From a virus, in the IMG/VR virus record IMGVR_UViG_3300011113_000257, positions 32,001 through 96,000 of that record: 64,000 nt of DNA. One strand, given 5' to 3'. A program made the translations under genes and the position numbers. The notes under the pieces were generated by a model. That model searched no databases, was not told the origin of the DNA, and was given only the letters and a program-made list of their open reading frames with translations. Positions 1-9,358 of the stretch are shown piece by piece (the stretch's first letter is position 1; every line of letters begins with the position of its first letter).

Positions 1-368
1 ATCTGAGCATCTGCAAGAGCAGAAGCAGTCATTGCATGAGGTGCTGCTGAGAATGGGTGAGCAGTTGTAAGAAGGTCAGAGTACTTAGAAACTGAAGAGT
101 AAGAAACATGACCTTGCGCAAGATTAATGAATGACTTAAGTTCATTAAATGCGTAACTACGACGACTAGAGAAAAGACTAAAGTGGCGACTTTCGTTTAG
201 AGCACGCCAAACTACTTCGATAGCAGATGCATCAGTTACTTGACGTAGTGGAGCAACTCTGGAGTTAGCAGAGGCAACAACAGCCAAAACGTCTTGACGA
301 ATTAAAAGAGCCTGTTCAACTGCTGAACGACGCTTCACGCCTTTAGTTACTTTAGTTCTGTTATTCAC
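1..368 (-). CDS. Partial CDS running off the left edge; probable virion/head-region protein
   Basis: GTG at 368 overlaps the stop of the next gene; frame is open to position 1 (VNNRTKVTKG...AFNELKSFINLAQG...YSDLLTTAHPFS). Confidence 0.65.
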   Translation of the reverse strand, partial: MNNRTKVTKGVKRRSAVEQALLIRQDVLAVVASANSRVAPLRQVTDASAIEVVWRALNESRHFSLFSSRRSYAFNELKSFINLAQGHVSYSSVSKYSDLLTTAHPFSAAPHAMTASALADAQ

Positions 369-1480
369 GAAGAAGAACCCTTCTCGAAGCGAGGCAATAA
401 GTCAGCGTCTTTACTGTCGTATGTATATTCTGCCACATTTTTTACACGACTATATGGGTCTTCGTTATCTTTAACTGCTCGCAACCACGTTGCGCGAAGT
501 GCTGGGATAACTTCATAACCTAAACCAGAAAATTCTGCTAAGGCAGTAATAGCATCTTCTGTTGATTCGTATTCTTCTAAATCTTTAAGGGTTGTAGAAA
601 GTTCTTGCTCGTAGTACATGTCATCTACATCTTGCTTAAGTTTTGCTCTGTCGTATTCAATAACAGCATCATCGTTGACAGCACCTTCAGGAAGAACTGC
701 AAAACGGCATTTGCCCATAGGCTCTACTGGTAGAGCAATAATTTGGCACTGGTCTCCGCCTTGATAGAAAACGCAGTTAGCACAGATGACACCAATCGAA
801 GCAACTTCATTTTCTGCAGCAGGAGTATAGCCAGCCCAAACGCCAATCTGGTCTTCGTTGAACTTTCCGTGCTTAGCAACAACTTCAAGCAGAGCATCTG
901 CTAGGTCTCGCTCTTCTGGAACCAATCGAGCAGAGGCTGTAAGCGCTGAAGCAGAACTTTTTGTACTACGAGGATGTGACGCAGGAAGTAAGTCGTTATC
1001 TTGCTTGTAGGCAGCGTTAGAAGGCTTTCCAGACTTAAGAAGTTTTAGGAAAGCGTTAACGCGAGCCATAGCCCACTGGTCGCGAGTCATACCTGGTCGA
1101 TGTGAGACTGAGAAAGCACCTGCTCCACGGCGGTAAACAGCCTTAAGCATTCCTAAAGTAGCCTTGCGACCTTCTTTAGCCTTTTCGTTATGGTCAGAGA
1201 CTTTATTTTTTAGAGACTCTTCTACTTTTGCAGAAAACTTAATAGCCTTAGATTTTCCAGTTGAGGCAGAGCCTTTAGGGTTTGTGCTGGAACCTTTAAT
1301 TCTGTCTTTCTTTGGAGCAGGAGTCTGAGAAATAGTTCTTTTCTTTTTCGCTGCAAATTCTGCATCGCTTGAATCGTCAGAAGCATCTATTGGCACACAG
1401 TTAGGAACCATTTGTCCATCTTTGCCTTTCTTCATACCAACTTGCTTATAGCCATCCCAGCAAGGATTATTATCAGGCAT
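365..1480 (-). CDS. Multi-domain head-region protein (DUF5824-like domain plus HiPIP-like Cys motif)
   Basis: YRRGAGAF..SHRPG..QWAMARVNAF motif; CANCVFY..C..C motif; directly downstream of the portal gene. Confidence 0.5.
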   Translation of the reverse strand: MPDNNPCWDGYKQVGMKKGKDGQMVPNCVPIDASDDSSDAEFAAKKKRTISQTPAPKKDRIKGSSTNPKGSASTGKSKAIKFSAKVEESLKNKVSDHNEKAKEGRKATLGMLKAVYRRGAGAFSVSHRPGMTRDQWAMARVNAFLKLLKSGKPSNAAYKQDNDLLPASHPRSTKSSASALTASARLVPEERDLADALLEVVAKHGKFNEDQIGVWAGYTPAAENEVASIGVICANCVFYQGGDQCQIIALPVEPMGKCRFAVLPEGAVNDDAVIEYDRAKLKQDVDDMYYEQELSTTLKDLEEYESTEDAITALAEFSGLGYEVIPALRATWLRAVKDNEDPYSRVKNVAEYTYDSKDADLLPRFEKGSSS

Positions 1481-3218
1481 TTTCTACACCTTCTGTAGGC
1501 GGACCAAACAATTCAGGGAAGTTTTCTACTGTTGGTTCTAGAGTCATACCAGTTTCAACTGGTTCTTCTGTAGGGGCTTCAGGGGCTTGAGGCTCCTCTG
1601 GTGTTGGCTCTATTGGTGCTTCTCCTGAAAGGGCTTGAGTAACCTCAGGTGGAAGTGGACCAACAGAATTAGCCTGTTGCGCACCCTTAATCTTTGTCAT
1701 CATGTCAGGAGCAAGGGCAGCGAGTGCTGCTTCTGTAAGTTCAGGTGTGAGCATTCCTTTTTCGAAGAACATACGAATTGCAAGTTCTTCAGGAGTAGGT
1801 GCATCTGCATCCGAGAAACCGTGAGCATGTCGCCAAGTAGAAAGCGAGATTGCCATCTTGTCAAAACCTGCATCAGCATCAGCAGCGCGGTCATTGCGAG
1901 TTGAAATTGCTGATGGGTCATACCAAACAACAATGCGGTCTACGTCTGATTCTGCGAAACCATTTGCCAAAAGGTAAGGGCGTAAGTAAACAACTGTAAT
2001 TGCATCTGCAATAAGAAGCATGAGTGGCTCAATATGGGTCTTGTAGAGCGTCTCATCAATCTGCAGGGCGTTTGAGTACTTGACGTTGGCTAAGCCAGTG
2101 ATTACGTCTTTAGGCACGTCTACGCCCTGCAGAATGCGTTCCAGTACGCGGTCAGCACGTTGGGCTAGGGCAGGGTCAAAGGAGCGCTCAAACTTAAATT
2201 GCTTAATAGCATCGCCAAGTTCTGCAGGACCACGAATGATAAGTGGAACAACTGCGCTGGCAGAGTCCTCATCCTTAATAGGAGTGGTCATTGCATCGAT
2301 AAGTTGCTCTTCAAAGTCGTCTTGCTGTTCTTCAATAAGAATGTCTGGGTCTACGTCTACGTCATCAGAGTATGGGTAGTCAGGTTGTGCATTTGCTGCA
2401 ACGCTTAGACCATCTGGTAAGTAAAGTGCGCCAGCGTTGAGGCGTGAACGCGCTGTTGCACGGAAAGTACGATTAAGAAGTAGAAGTTCTGCGCAAAGGT
2501 CTAACAAACCGCGTAATGATGAGTCTGCCTCGTCTGAGTAGCGTGGGTGTGAGCGCCAGATGCGTCCTACAAATGCTTGACTACCTAGTTGATGGCTAGA
2601 TTTGTTGTTTGAGCCACCCATACCGTTGCCCATAGCCTGTTCACGGCGACCAATTACGCTGTAACCACCCTTAGGGTCTGCAAGAACTTCGTCAACGGAC
2701 TTAATATCCCACGACTCAGAAGTTCCACGCATAGGCTGTGAAGGCATTTGCACTAAGTAGCATTCGCCAGCAACAGAAAGGTTAAGAGCAGCGTCGCGCA
2801 AGAGTCCAGCCTGACCACCGTAAGCGGAATCAAGACGACCTAAGGCGCGTTCTGCGCCATCCTTCATGCGTTGGTCAATAATTGAAGAGTCTCTTACATT
2901 TACAGGAGTTTCAGAAGGATTTTCTACAACTGCTGCGTAAATGCGAATGCGTGAAATTACAGAGGCTACAAGATTGAATGCATATTTTAATTCGCCGATT
3001 GCATCGTAGTATTCCCAAGCCTCGGCTTGCCAAGAAGATGAATTAGAAGAGCGACGTGCGCGAAATTGTTCGTATTCCCCTTTGTCCCCAATTTTCATTT
3101 GTTGCGCTGCAGCAGTTAAAGGACGAATTGCTGAATATGGCAGTGGTTCTAGTGGAGTACCACCAGAATTTAAAGCGCGTACTGGACGGTCGGCATCATC
3201 GCGACTAAATACACCCAT
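1473..3218 (-). CDS. Phage portal protein (actinophage type)
   Basis: 581 aa; WQAEAWEYYDAIGEL, NLSVAGECYL, RIWRSHPRY..EADS, SAVVPLII motifs typical of actinophage portals. Confidence 0.8.
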   Translation of the reverse strand: MGVFSRDDADRPVRALNSGGTPLEPLPYSAIRPLTAAAQQMKIGDKGEYEQFRARRSSNSSSWQAEAWEYYDAIGELKYAFNLVASVISRIRIYAAVVENPSETPVNVRDSSIIDQRMKDGAERALGRLDSAYGGQAGLLRDAALNLSVAGECYLVQMPSQPMRGTSESWDIKSVDEVLADPKGGYSVIGRREQAMGNGMGGSNNKSSHQLGSQAFVGRIWRSHPRYSDEADSSLRGLLDLCAELLLLNRTFRATARSRLNAGALYLPDGLSVAANAQPDYPYSDDVDVDPDILIEEQQDDFEEQLIDAMTTPIKDEDSASAVVPLIIRGPAELGDAIKQFKFERSFDPALAQRADRVLERILQGVDVPKDVITGLANVKYSNALQIDETLYKTHIEPLMLLIADAITVVYLRPYLLANGFAESDVDRIVVWYDPSAISTRNDRAADADAGFDKMAISLSTWRHAHGFSDADAPTPEELAIRMFFEKGMLTPELTEAALAALAPDMMTKIKGAQQANSVGPLPPEVTQALSGEAPIEPTPEEPQAPEAPTEEPVETGMTLEPTVENFPELFGPPTEGVENA

Positions 3219-3257
3219 TTATTACTCCTTTGTCGTTTTTATTACGGAGCATGAGGG

Positions 3258-3557
3258 TTATTCCTTGTTCTCATACGCGGTAAGCAATCCCGCCATCGCA
3301 GAAAGTGCTAATGCAACTGCAAAAAAGCGGAATGTTGTTGCATCGATTGTATACCAAGTTGCAAAGCCTAATCCTAGCCACACACTAGAGCACCACTCGC
3401 AAGTAAATAGGTATCCTATGCGTGTAGTTTCTGGTGGATAGCGGTTCCATATCTTATTTCTGACGTTAGAAAAAATTTCATCTTGCGTAACTAGCCTTGT
3501 AGCGCGATAAATTGCTAGTGAAAACACAATAAAATCAACAATATTTAGAGTTTGCAT
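3258..3557 (-). CDS. DUF1360-family membrane protein
   Basis: LAIYRATRLVTQDEI and LFTCEWCSSVW motifs; usual position next to portal. Confidence 0.75.
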   Translation of the reverse strand: MQTLNIVDFIVFSLAIYRATRLVTQDEIFSNVRNKIWNRYPPETTRIGYLFTCEWCSSVWLGLGFATWYTIDATTFRFFAVALALSAMAGLLTAYENKE

Positions 3558-3565
3558 ATAAATCC

Positions 3566-4223
3566 TTAGTTAGCGCTCAAAATTGAGCCAACTGGTGACC
3601 AGTTTTTTAGTCGTGAACCGCAACCACAAGACTTATCTTTTTTAACTGCGATAATTTTATTCGTAACTGTAATAAAACGTGTTATTTTTTGTTGGTCAAC
3701 GTCTTTTTGCGTGTATTGCTCCCTAAAAAACATCACAGGACCAGTACTAGAATCAACGCCAATGTAAACAGTTGTCTCATCTGCAATAACACGGGCAACA
3801 GGGAGCAGTTTTGAGCCTCTCACTGCAGAGTTTTGTTGGTGATTGATTTGGTACATATCTATGTTTGGATATGTTTCGCTTGGAGTAATGTGAACATTGG
3901 CTGGAAAAGTGTCTAAAAGTCTCAAGAGGGGTTTCCTATCGGATGTAGTGCGTGAATTGGAAGTCTTCCCAACCAAGCATTTCGGTAGCAAGTTCGGTGG
4001 AAATGATAATAGGTGATTCGGGACTTGAACTGTTCAGTCTTTTCTGAAAATCGTCTTCTGAATAAATGTAAGTAGCGTTTTTGAAGGCTTGTAGTTCCTC
4101 GCGAGGGATTGAAAGTGGTTTTGGTGGCGTTCCGTGACTAGTTAGGGCTTGAAGAAGCCTTGATTGGGGGTGGTCTGAGCGTGATGGGTTTAACCACACA
4201 ACACAGCAAAGGTCAGTTGTCAT
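3566..4223 (-). CDS. Two hypothetical proteins (3566-about 3991 and 3936-4223)
   Basis: Contiguous ORFs in the minus-strand operon; the first ends in a CGCGSRL motif; its true start is uncertain. Confidence 0.55.
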
Positions 4224-4687
4224 AGGTTTGATAGTCCTTTACTTACTCGGCGAAACATTGCACGAGGGGAGACCTCGCAGGCTTTAGCGATTCTTTGGAC
4301 GGGAACGCCTTTTAGGTATAAATCGGTGGCAAGTTTGGTTAGGTCTTCATTTGCTAGGCGAAATGGCGAGGACGGGGGCGTTTTTGCTCGACAGCGTTGC
4401 GCTAGATGAGAAAGACGCTTAAGTTCTGGAACAAGTTTAGGTGGGACTTTAGGGGAGATTGGGCGTACAGGAAGATTAGGAGTTGGTAGAGGGGCTGGGT
4501 TTTTCTCGTCTGTGTAGCCAGTGTCTTCCTGTTTAATCCAGTTATAAACCGTAGATTTTGGGCGCGGAGGTATTAGGGAGTCGCCTAGTTCTTTGAGAGA
4601 CCAACCAGCCTCGTGGAGCGCCAAAAGACGGTTTGGAATTAGTGGTCCAAGTGAGTTCAGAAACTCTTTTTCAGATTCTGGGAGCAT
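4220..4687 (-). CDS. Double helix-turn-helix DNA-binding protein
   Basis: GWSLKELG..KSTVYNW and GVPVQRIAKACEVS motifs; leaderless (TACAAT-N6-ATG). Confidence 0.65.
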   Translation of the reverse strand: MLPESEKEFLNSLGPLIPNRLLALHEAGWSLKELGDSLIPPRPKSTVYNWIKQEDTGYTDEKNPAPLPTPNLPVRPISPKVPPKLVPELKRLSHLAQRCRAKTPPSSPFRLANEDLTKLATDLYLKGVPVQRIAKACEVSPRAMFRRVSKGLSNL

Positions 4688-5271
4688 GGCTCTATTGTAC
4701 AGAGTTTTCTCTTAAGTGTTTCTCCTCGCAGTCACGGGCGAGTTGGGGGACAACGTATTGTTTGCCGCACCAGTCGCAGAACCAAAGATGGTCGTAATTA
4801 GACTTCGAGTTCGAGTCTGACAAAGAGTTCCTTTCGACACTTACATTCTAAGCCGGGATAAGTTGAACGGAAAGACGAAAAAGGTGAACAGTAACTTTAT
4901 TTGGATTTGGGCGCTGAGGCGGCTGTCGTTGTTTCGTACACTTGTTCTAATCGTTTCGGCATTTTTATTTGAATTTTCAACTAACAAACTTTTAGAAATT
5001 TTTTATTTCTTTGTGCCTTTGTCTTTAAGTTTGCCTTTGCTTTTTGTCTTTATCCTTTTACCTTTTTGTGTGCCTGCCTTTATGACTTGCCTTGCCTTAT
5101 GAGTGTTGCCTACTCATTAAACACGCTCAACACGCTGAAGGAATACAATTATTTTTCCTAGTGTCATAAGGCTTTTCAAAGTATTTACTAAATTCAACTT
5201 GCACTAACCTGACTTTTCTGAGACAATTGTTTTATCAAGTTGCAAGGGGCAACTGATAGAAGGAGACCAAG

Positions 5272-5478
5272 ATGTCTAACTACCTAACCAAGTCGTATGA
5301 GATTCGCGCCTACACTTTAATGGGCGAGTTCATCTGCGTAGAGTGTGGAGAAAGTCTTTTCAGAAACTCTGACGATGACCCTCAGCCAGTGTTCAGTGAC
5401 CAGTGGAACACTCAGGAGATGCTTGAGACTTATGGGCTAGAAATACCTTGCTTCGCCTGTTACGAAGAAATACGATAG
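5272..5478 (+). CDS. Small Zn-ribbon protein in a promoter-hairpin-terminator cassette
   Basis: CVEC...CFAC; RBS AAGGAG; own promoter and terminator. Confidence 0.7.
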   Translation: MSNYLTKSYEIRAYTLMGEFICVECGESLFRNSDDDPQPVFSDQWNTQEMLETYGLEIPCFACYEEIR

Positions 5479-5489
5479 CCAAAGGCATA

Positions 5490-5523
5490 AGCCCCTACAC
5501 CGCAAGGTGTGGGGGTTTATCTT
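5490..5523 (+). terminator. Intrinsic terminator
   Basis: AAGCCCCTACACC-GCAA-GGTGTGGGGGTTT followed by a T-rich tail. Confidence 0.75.
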
Positions 5524-5647
5524 TGCTTACCGCAGATAGGCATAACCGCAACACGCCAAAAACTTTTTACCGTATGACTTGCATTAACCTGACTTTTCTG
5601 GAATAATCATCTTATGAGGTTGCAAGGGGCAACCGCGAGAGGAAGCA

Positions 5648-5959
5648 ATGACCGTAGAAAAACTAATCGAAGAATACCTAGAGGTTCTAAACGATAAGGC
5701 ACTAACTATCTGCACTACCGCATACGGAGTAAGCAAGGGACGTAAGTTTGCAAAGGTACTGGCACACGGTACTCAGACATCAGTACACGCTTTCGTAAAC
5801 CTAGAGAACGGTGACGTAATCAAGCCAGCAACATTCAATGCACCGCAGAAAAATTCTGACGGTACTTTTTCAGTCCGCTACAACTTAGTGGATGACGAAT
5901 CACGCAAGGCACTATTCGCAGAGTTAGACCCGTATGGTCACTACCTTTACGCAAGGTAG
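5648..5959 (+). CDS. Conserved phage hypothetical protein
   Basis: GRKFAKV..SVHAFV..GDVIKPA motif; own cassette. Confidence 0.75.
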   Translation: MTVEKLIEEYLEVLNDKALTICTTAYGVSKGRKFAKVLAHGTQTSVHAFVNLENGDVIKPATFNAPQKNSDGTFSVRYNLVDDESRKALFAELDPYGHYLYAR

Positions 5960-5967
5960 CCAACTAG

Positions 5968-6008
5968 AAAAACCCCCCCACCGCAAGGTGAGGGGGCTTT
6001 CTTATTTA
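5968..6008. terminator. Bidirectional intrinsic terminator
   Basis: AAAACCCCCCACC-GCAA-GGTGAGGGGGCTTT between convergent genes. Confidence 0.75.
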
Positions 6009-6015
6009 CGAAAGA

Positions 6016-6285
6016 TTAAACGCTTTCGCTTTTCTTGCCTTTTGACTTTGTATCAACCGAGTTAAACACTTCATCAATTTCTGCATCAGACAAGTCACCG
6101 TCATTAATGTAGGCGCGTGATAAGCCCTCGACTACGGTAGCGACTCCACCGACTCCAGCCATAAGAATTGCTTGCCAGAGTTCGACTCCAGCAATAGTTC
6201 CAGCACCGATAACCGATAGACCTGAAGCAGAGAATACGGCAAGAATACGCAAGGTAATCTTTCGTATCTTATTAGTTACTGTCAT
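6016..6285 (-). CDS. Small two-TM membrane protein (holin-like)
   Basis: Two hydrophobic segments; RBS GGAAGGA before ATG at 6285. Confidence 0.6.
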   Translation of the reverse strand: MTVTNKIRKITLRILAVFSASGLSVIGAGTIAGVELWQAILMAGVGGVATVVEGLSRAYINDGDLSDAEIDEVFNSVDTKSKGKKSESV

Positions 6286-6387
6286 AGTGTGTCGTCCTTC
6301 CAAAATTTCACACGGTGCTAAAACAATTTCAGCACCCAGCCTTACGAGTTTATCGCAGGTATTGGGTGCTGAAATTATTTGTGGCAA

Positions 6388-6663
6388 CTACTTAACAATA
6401 ATTCTCATTGCTGTCGGTGCAGTTACTTCAACAACTGGTGCAGGTGCAGGTTCGACAACTGGTTCAATAATTGGTTCTGGTTCTGGCTCAACCGTAGGTT
6501 CAACTACGACTGGTTCAGGTGCAGACTTCCTACCTTTGTATGTCTTTGCAACTGGTTCTTCTACCGTAACTTCCGCTACTGGTTCGACAACTAATTCAGT
6601 CACGGACTCTTCGAGTTCCGCAACTTCATCAACTGTCACTTCAAGTTCTGGATTCAGTTCCAT
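6388..6663 (-). CDS. Acidic Pro/Glu/Val-rich low-complexity protein
   Basis: VEPEPEP repeats; RBS AAAGGA before ATG at 6663. Confidence 0.6.
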   Translation of the reverse strand: MELNPELEVTVDEVAELEESVTELVVEPVAEVTVEEPVAKTYKGRKSAPEPVVVEPTVEPEPEPIIEPVVEPAPAPVVEVTAPTAMRIIVK

Positions 6664-6864
6664 AGTATTCCTTTGTTGAGGTTGTGCCTTGTATCTATTG
6701 TAAGACACAACTCAACTTCCTAGTTCTCTCTAATAGAGAGTAACGCAAGGCTAACCGCGTTAAGACCGAAAGCAAGTGTTAGCAAGTCTTTGCCTAACAT
6801 TGCCGAAACTACTGCCAATACCCCCGCGCCGAGCGAGGCTACTGCCACCCAAATAATTTCAGTT

Positions 6865-7059
6865 CTATTCACTAGAAACCTTTTTCGGGCGAGTTCGACC
6901 CTTTAACCGAGTAGACGAGTCACGCAACTCAACGCCTTCAGCCCAAACTGCCTTCCGCGCTGTACGGTAGCAAACATCTAGTTCACTAGCAATAGTTTCA
7001 ATAGACTTACCTTCTAGGTACATTTCGCTTGCTTGCTTACTAATTTTCTTGACAATCAT
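6865..7059 (-). CDS. Small HTH protein
   Basis: YLEGKSIETIASELDVCYRT. Confidence 0.65.
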   Translation of the reverse strand: MIVKKISKQASEMYLEGKSIETIASELDVCYRTARKAVWAEGVELRDSSTRLKGRTRPKKVSSE

Positions 7060-7307
7060 TATTTACTTTTCCTTTTCTTTTTCTATGTAGGGGCTTGCCC
7101 TACCCCCTTAGGGGTAGAGCAAGTCTTTACAACTTTGAGATAACTCAACGGTATCCACCTTGCATCTATCTGGCGTAGCCAAGTTCTCTGCTACTACAAA
7201 CATCGCAATCAGTATTACCGCAATGAATACGTTCCGAACACGTTCTCCGCGCTTAGTAAGTTTCATCTTGCTCTCCTTTTCGTTGAACCATTCAACTAAG
7301 GACAATC

Positions 7308-8252
7308 TTACGCACTAACCTGCACTTTGTCAAGTCCAGACACGCGAGTCTTTTCATAGACGTTAGCCACTACTTCAGCCCAGATAGACGGCGTATGCGT
7401 ATGAGGTTGATAACCACCCGCACCGCCTATCAACACGCGCCCTTGAGCGTAAGTGTTAGCAATGTCCGCAACTATGTCTGAGGCGTATGCATAGCCGTCA
7501 TAGTCAAATTGCAAACTAGCAAGCGGGTCAGTCTTGTGACCATCCGCGCCAGTAGCCAGTAGCACAACATCAGGTTGATACTTATCCGCAAGTTCACGGA
7601 TGTCATCCATAGCCTGAGCAAACTCCAAGTTCCCAGCACCACGAGGCAACGCCCAGTTGTAAACTGAATTTTTTTCGTCGTGACCACTACGCCCAGTTCC
7701 AGGGAATACAGTCCCGTCGTGAATACTCATAGTTGGAATGTCCGTATGGTAAAGCAATGCCTCAACTCCGTCACCGTGATGAGCATCCCAGTCAATGTAC
7801 ATAGTCTTTAGACCTGCTTCACCGAACTTCTTTCCAGCCCAAGCAATGTCATTAAACACGCAAAAACCACTTGAGTAGTCATAGTGAGCGTGATGCTTTG
7901 CACCTTGAGGATTAAAGCCAACTTGCACTTCTCCAGCAATCATCTTCTCAACTAGCCGAGCCGTACCTGCAAACATCTTGAGCGCAGTAAGACCAAGTTC
8001 TGGTTTTGTTCCTGCCCACTCATTCGATAAGCCAAGTAGCACTTCTTGAATGTAGGCAGGGTGATGCACTTTATGTAGTTCTTTAATGTCCGCATCCGTG
8101 CTTTTAGGCGCAACAATCTTTACGCTATTTTTGCCTAACTTGTCAATAAGCAAGTCGGTAGCAAGCAATGCGCGTTCTGGATTAGTAGGGTGACCTTCAC
8201 CTAACTGCCAATCCAAATAATCATTTCCGTATGCAATGTGTAATTTTGTCAT
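7308..8252 (-). CDS. Zn-dependent histone deacetylase / AcuC family deacylase
   Basis: HP.NP.R, GAKHHA, GFCVFND, DWDAHHGDG, GADGH..DPL and GAGGY motifs all intact. Confidence 0.93.
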   Translation of the reverse strand: MTKLHIAYGNDYLDWQLGEGHPTNPERALLATDLLIDKLGKNSVKIVAPKSTDADIKELHKVHHPAYIQEVLLGLSNEWAGTKPELGLTALKMFAGTARLVEKMIAGEVQVGFNPQGAKHHAHYDYSSGFCVFNDIAWAGKKFGEAGLKTMYIDWDAHHGDGVEALLYHTDIPTMSIHDGTVFPGTGRSGHDEKNSVYNWALPRGAGNLEFAQAMDDIRELADKYQPDVVLLATGADGHKTDPLASLQFDYDGYAYASDIVADIANTYAQGRVLIGGAGGYQPHTHTPSIWAEVVANVYEKTRVSGLDKVQVSA

Positions 8253-8759
8253 TTAGTCATTTCCTTTCTTCTCTAAATCTAGTAACCACTTTTCGTAGTC
8301 TTTGTTGCAAAGTACAAGAACACTTCTTGACTGTCGCAAGTATGTGATACTTTCCTCAGCCGAGTAGCCTCTACTCATTAGCACTAATGCGCTAACAAGT
8401 CCAGACCTATTCAGCCCAGACAAGCAACGAATCAGAACACTCTTTCCCGCGTCAAGTTCGTAGTTCACAAAGTCCACTAAAAATTTCAGTTCTTCTTCGT
8501 TAAACTCCGCAACACTTCCATCTTCAAAGTGTTGCCGAAACTCTCTAACGTGCCAGTCCACGGGATTACTCCAAGCGTGTAGTGTCACCACCGTATCAAA
8601 GTCCTGCTTTGTAATCCGTGGTTCTATCTCTGGCTTTCCAACAATGTCATCTTCATCAGTTCCGCCCATAAATAAATTGGGATAAACTTCTGTCCATAAC
8701 TCTTTTGGCATCAGTTCCGCATAAGTTCCGAGTCCTTCTTCCTTTTCGTATTTTGTCAT
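8253..8759 (-). CDS. Dual-specificity / tyrosine protein phosphatase
   Basis: CX5R loop CLSGLNRS. Confidence 0.88.
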   Translation of the reverse strand: MTKYEKEEGLGTYAELMPKELWTEVYPNLFMGGTDEDDIVGKPEIEPRITKQDFDTVVTLHAWSNPVDWHVREFRQHFEDGSVAEFNEEELKFLVDFVNYELDAGKSVLIRCLSGLNRSGLVSALVLMSRGYSAEESITYLRQSRSVLVLCNKDYEKWLLDLEKKGND

Positions 8760-8924
8760 TTTTTCCTTTCCCTTGAAGAATAACAGGTTAATAACATTTT
8801 GTCAAATTGACGGGAAAAGATAAAACCCTGTTATCAAATCGTTATCAAATGGATTAGGAAATGTCAGGGTAATGCGCTATGCTTAGTACATAAGCCAACA
8901 AGGGGTTGGTGAAAAGGGGTAACA

Positions 8925-9167
8925 ATGAATTGCACTCAATGTGAGAGAAAGGCTTACTCCGTAGGTCTTTGTACTGCGCACTATATGGCTAACTATCGGG
9001 CAAAGAAAAAATACGGCATACCTACCAAAGTCTCTAAGCGACACGGTGGCTGTGTAGAGGCTGGTTGTGAGCGAGAGATTTACTCAAACTCCATTTGCAG
9101 GACACACTATATGAGGGTCTATCGCCGTAGGGTAAAGATACGAAATAAAGAAGGTCTAAAGATTTAG
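8925..9167 (+). CDS. Small protein with two C-C-C-H Zn-finger repeats
   Basis: C..C...GLC..HY twice; own TGTCAGG-type promoter at 8855-8883, hairpin and RBS. Confidence 0.7.
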   Translation: MNCTQCERKAYSVGLCTAHYMANYRAKKKYGIPTKVSKRHGGCVEAGCEREIYSNSICRTHYMRVYRRRVKIRNKEGLKI

Positions 9168-9347
9168 AATCCTATACACGGGCTCACAAGGGTCGCCACC
9201 TTCGTCAGCGTATTCCTGTTCTTCAGGGGTTAAGTAATCCCAACCACTATCGTGTACCGCGCAATACTGCTCGCTAATCCACCCTTTTGTTCTGCCAAAC
9301 AGTATCCACTCCGCGCGTTCATCCCATTCTTCGTCTTGCATCTGCAC
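9156..9347 (-). CDS. Hypothetical protein
   Basis: GWIS..YCAVHD..GGDPC motif. Confidence 0.6.
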   Translation of the reverse strand: MQMQDEEWDERAEWILFGRTKGWISEQYCAVHDSGWDYLTPEEQEYADEGGDPCEPVYRILNL

Positions 9348-9358
9348 CCCTAAAAATT

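Noticed and set aside
4863-5102. 79-aa hydrophobic plus-strand ORF
   Set aside because: Hydrophobicity follows from the T-rich low-complexity tract; TTG start and no RBS
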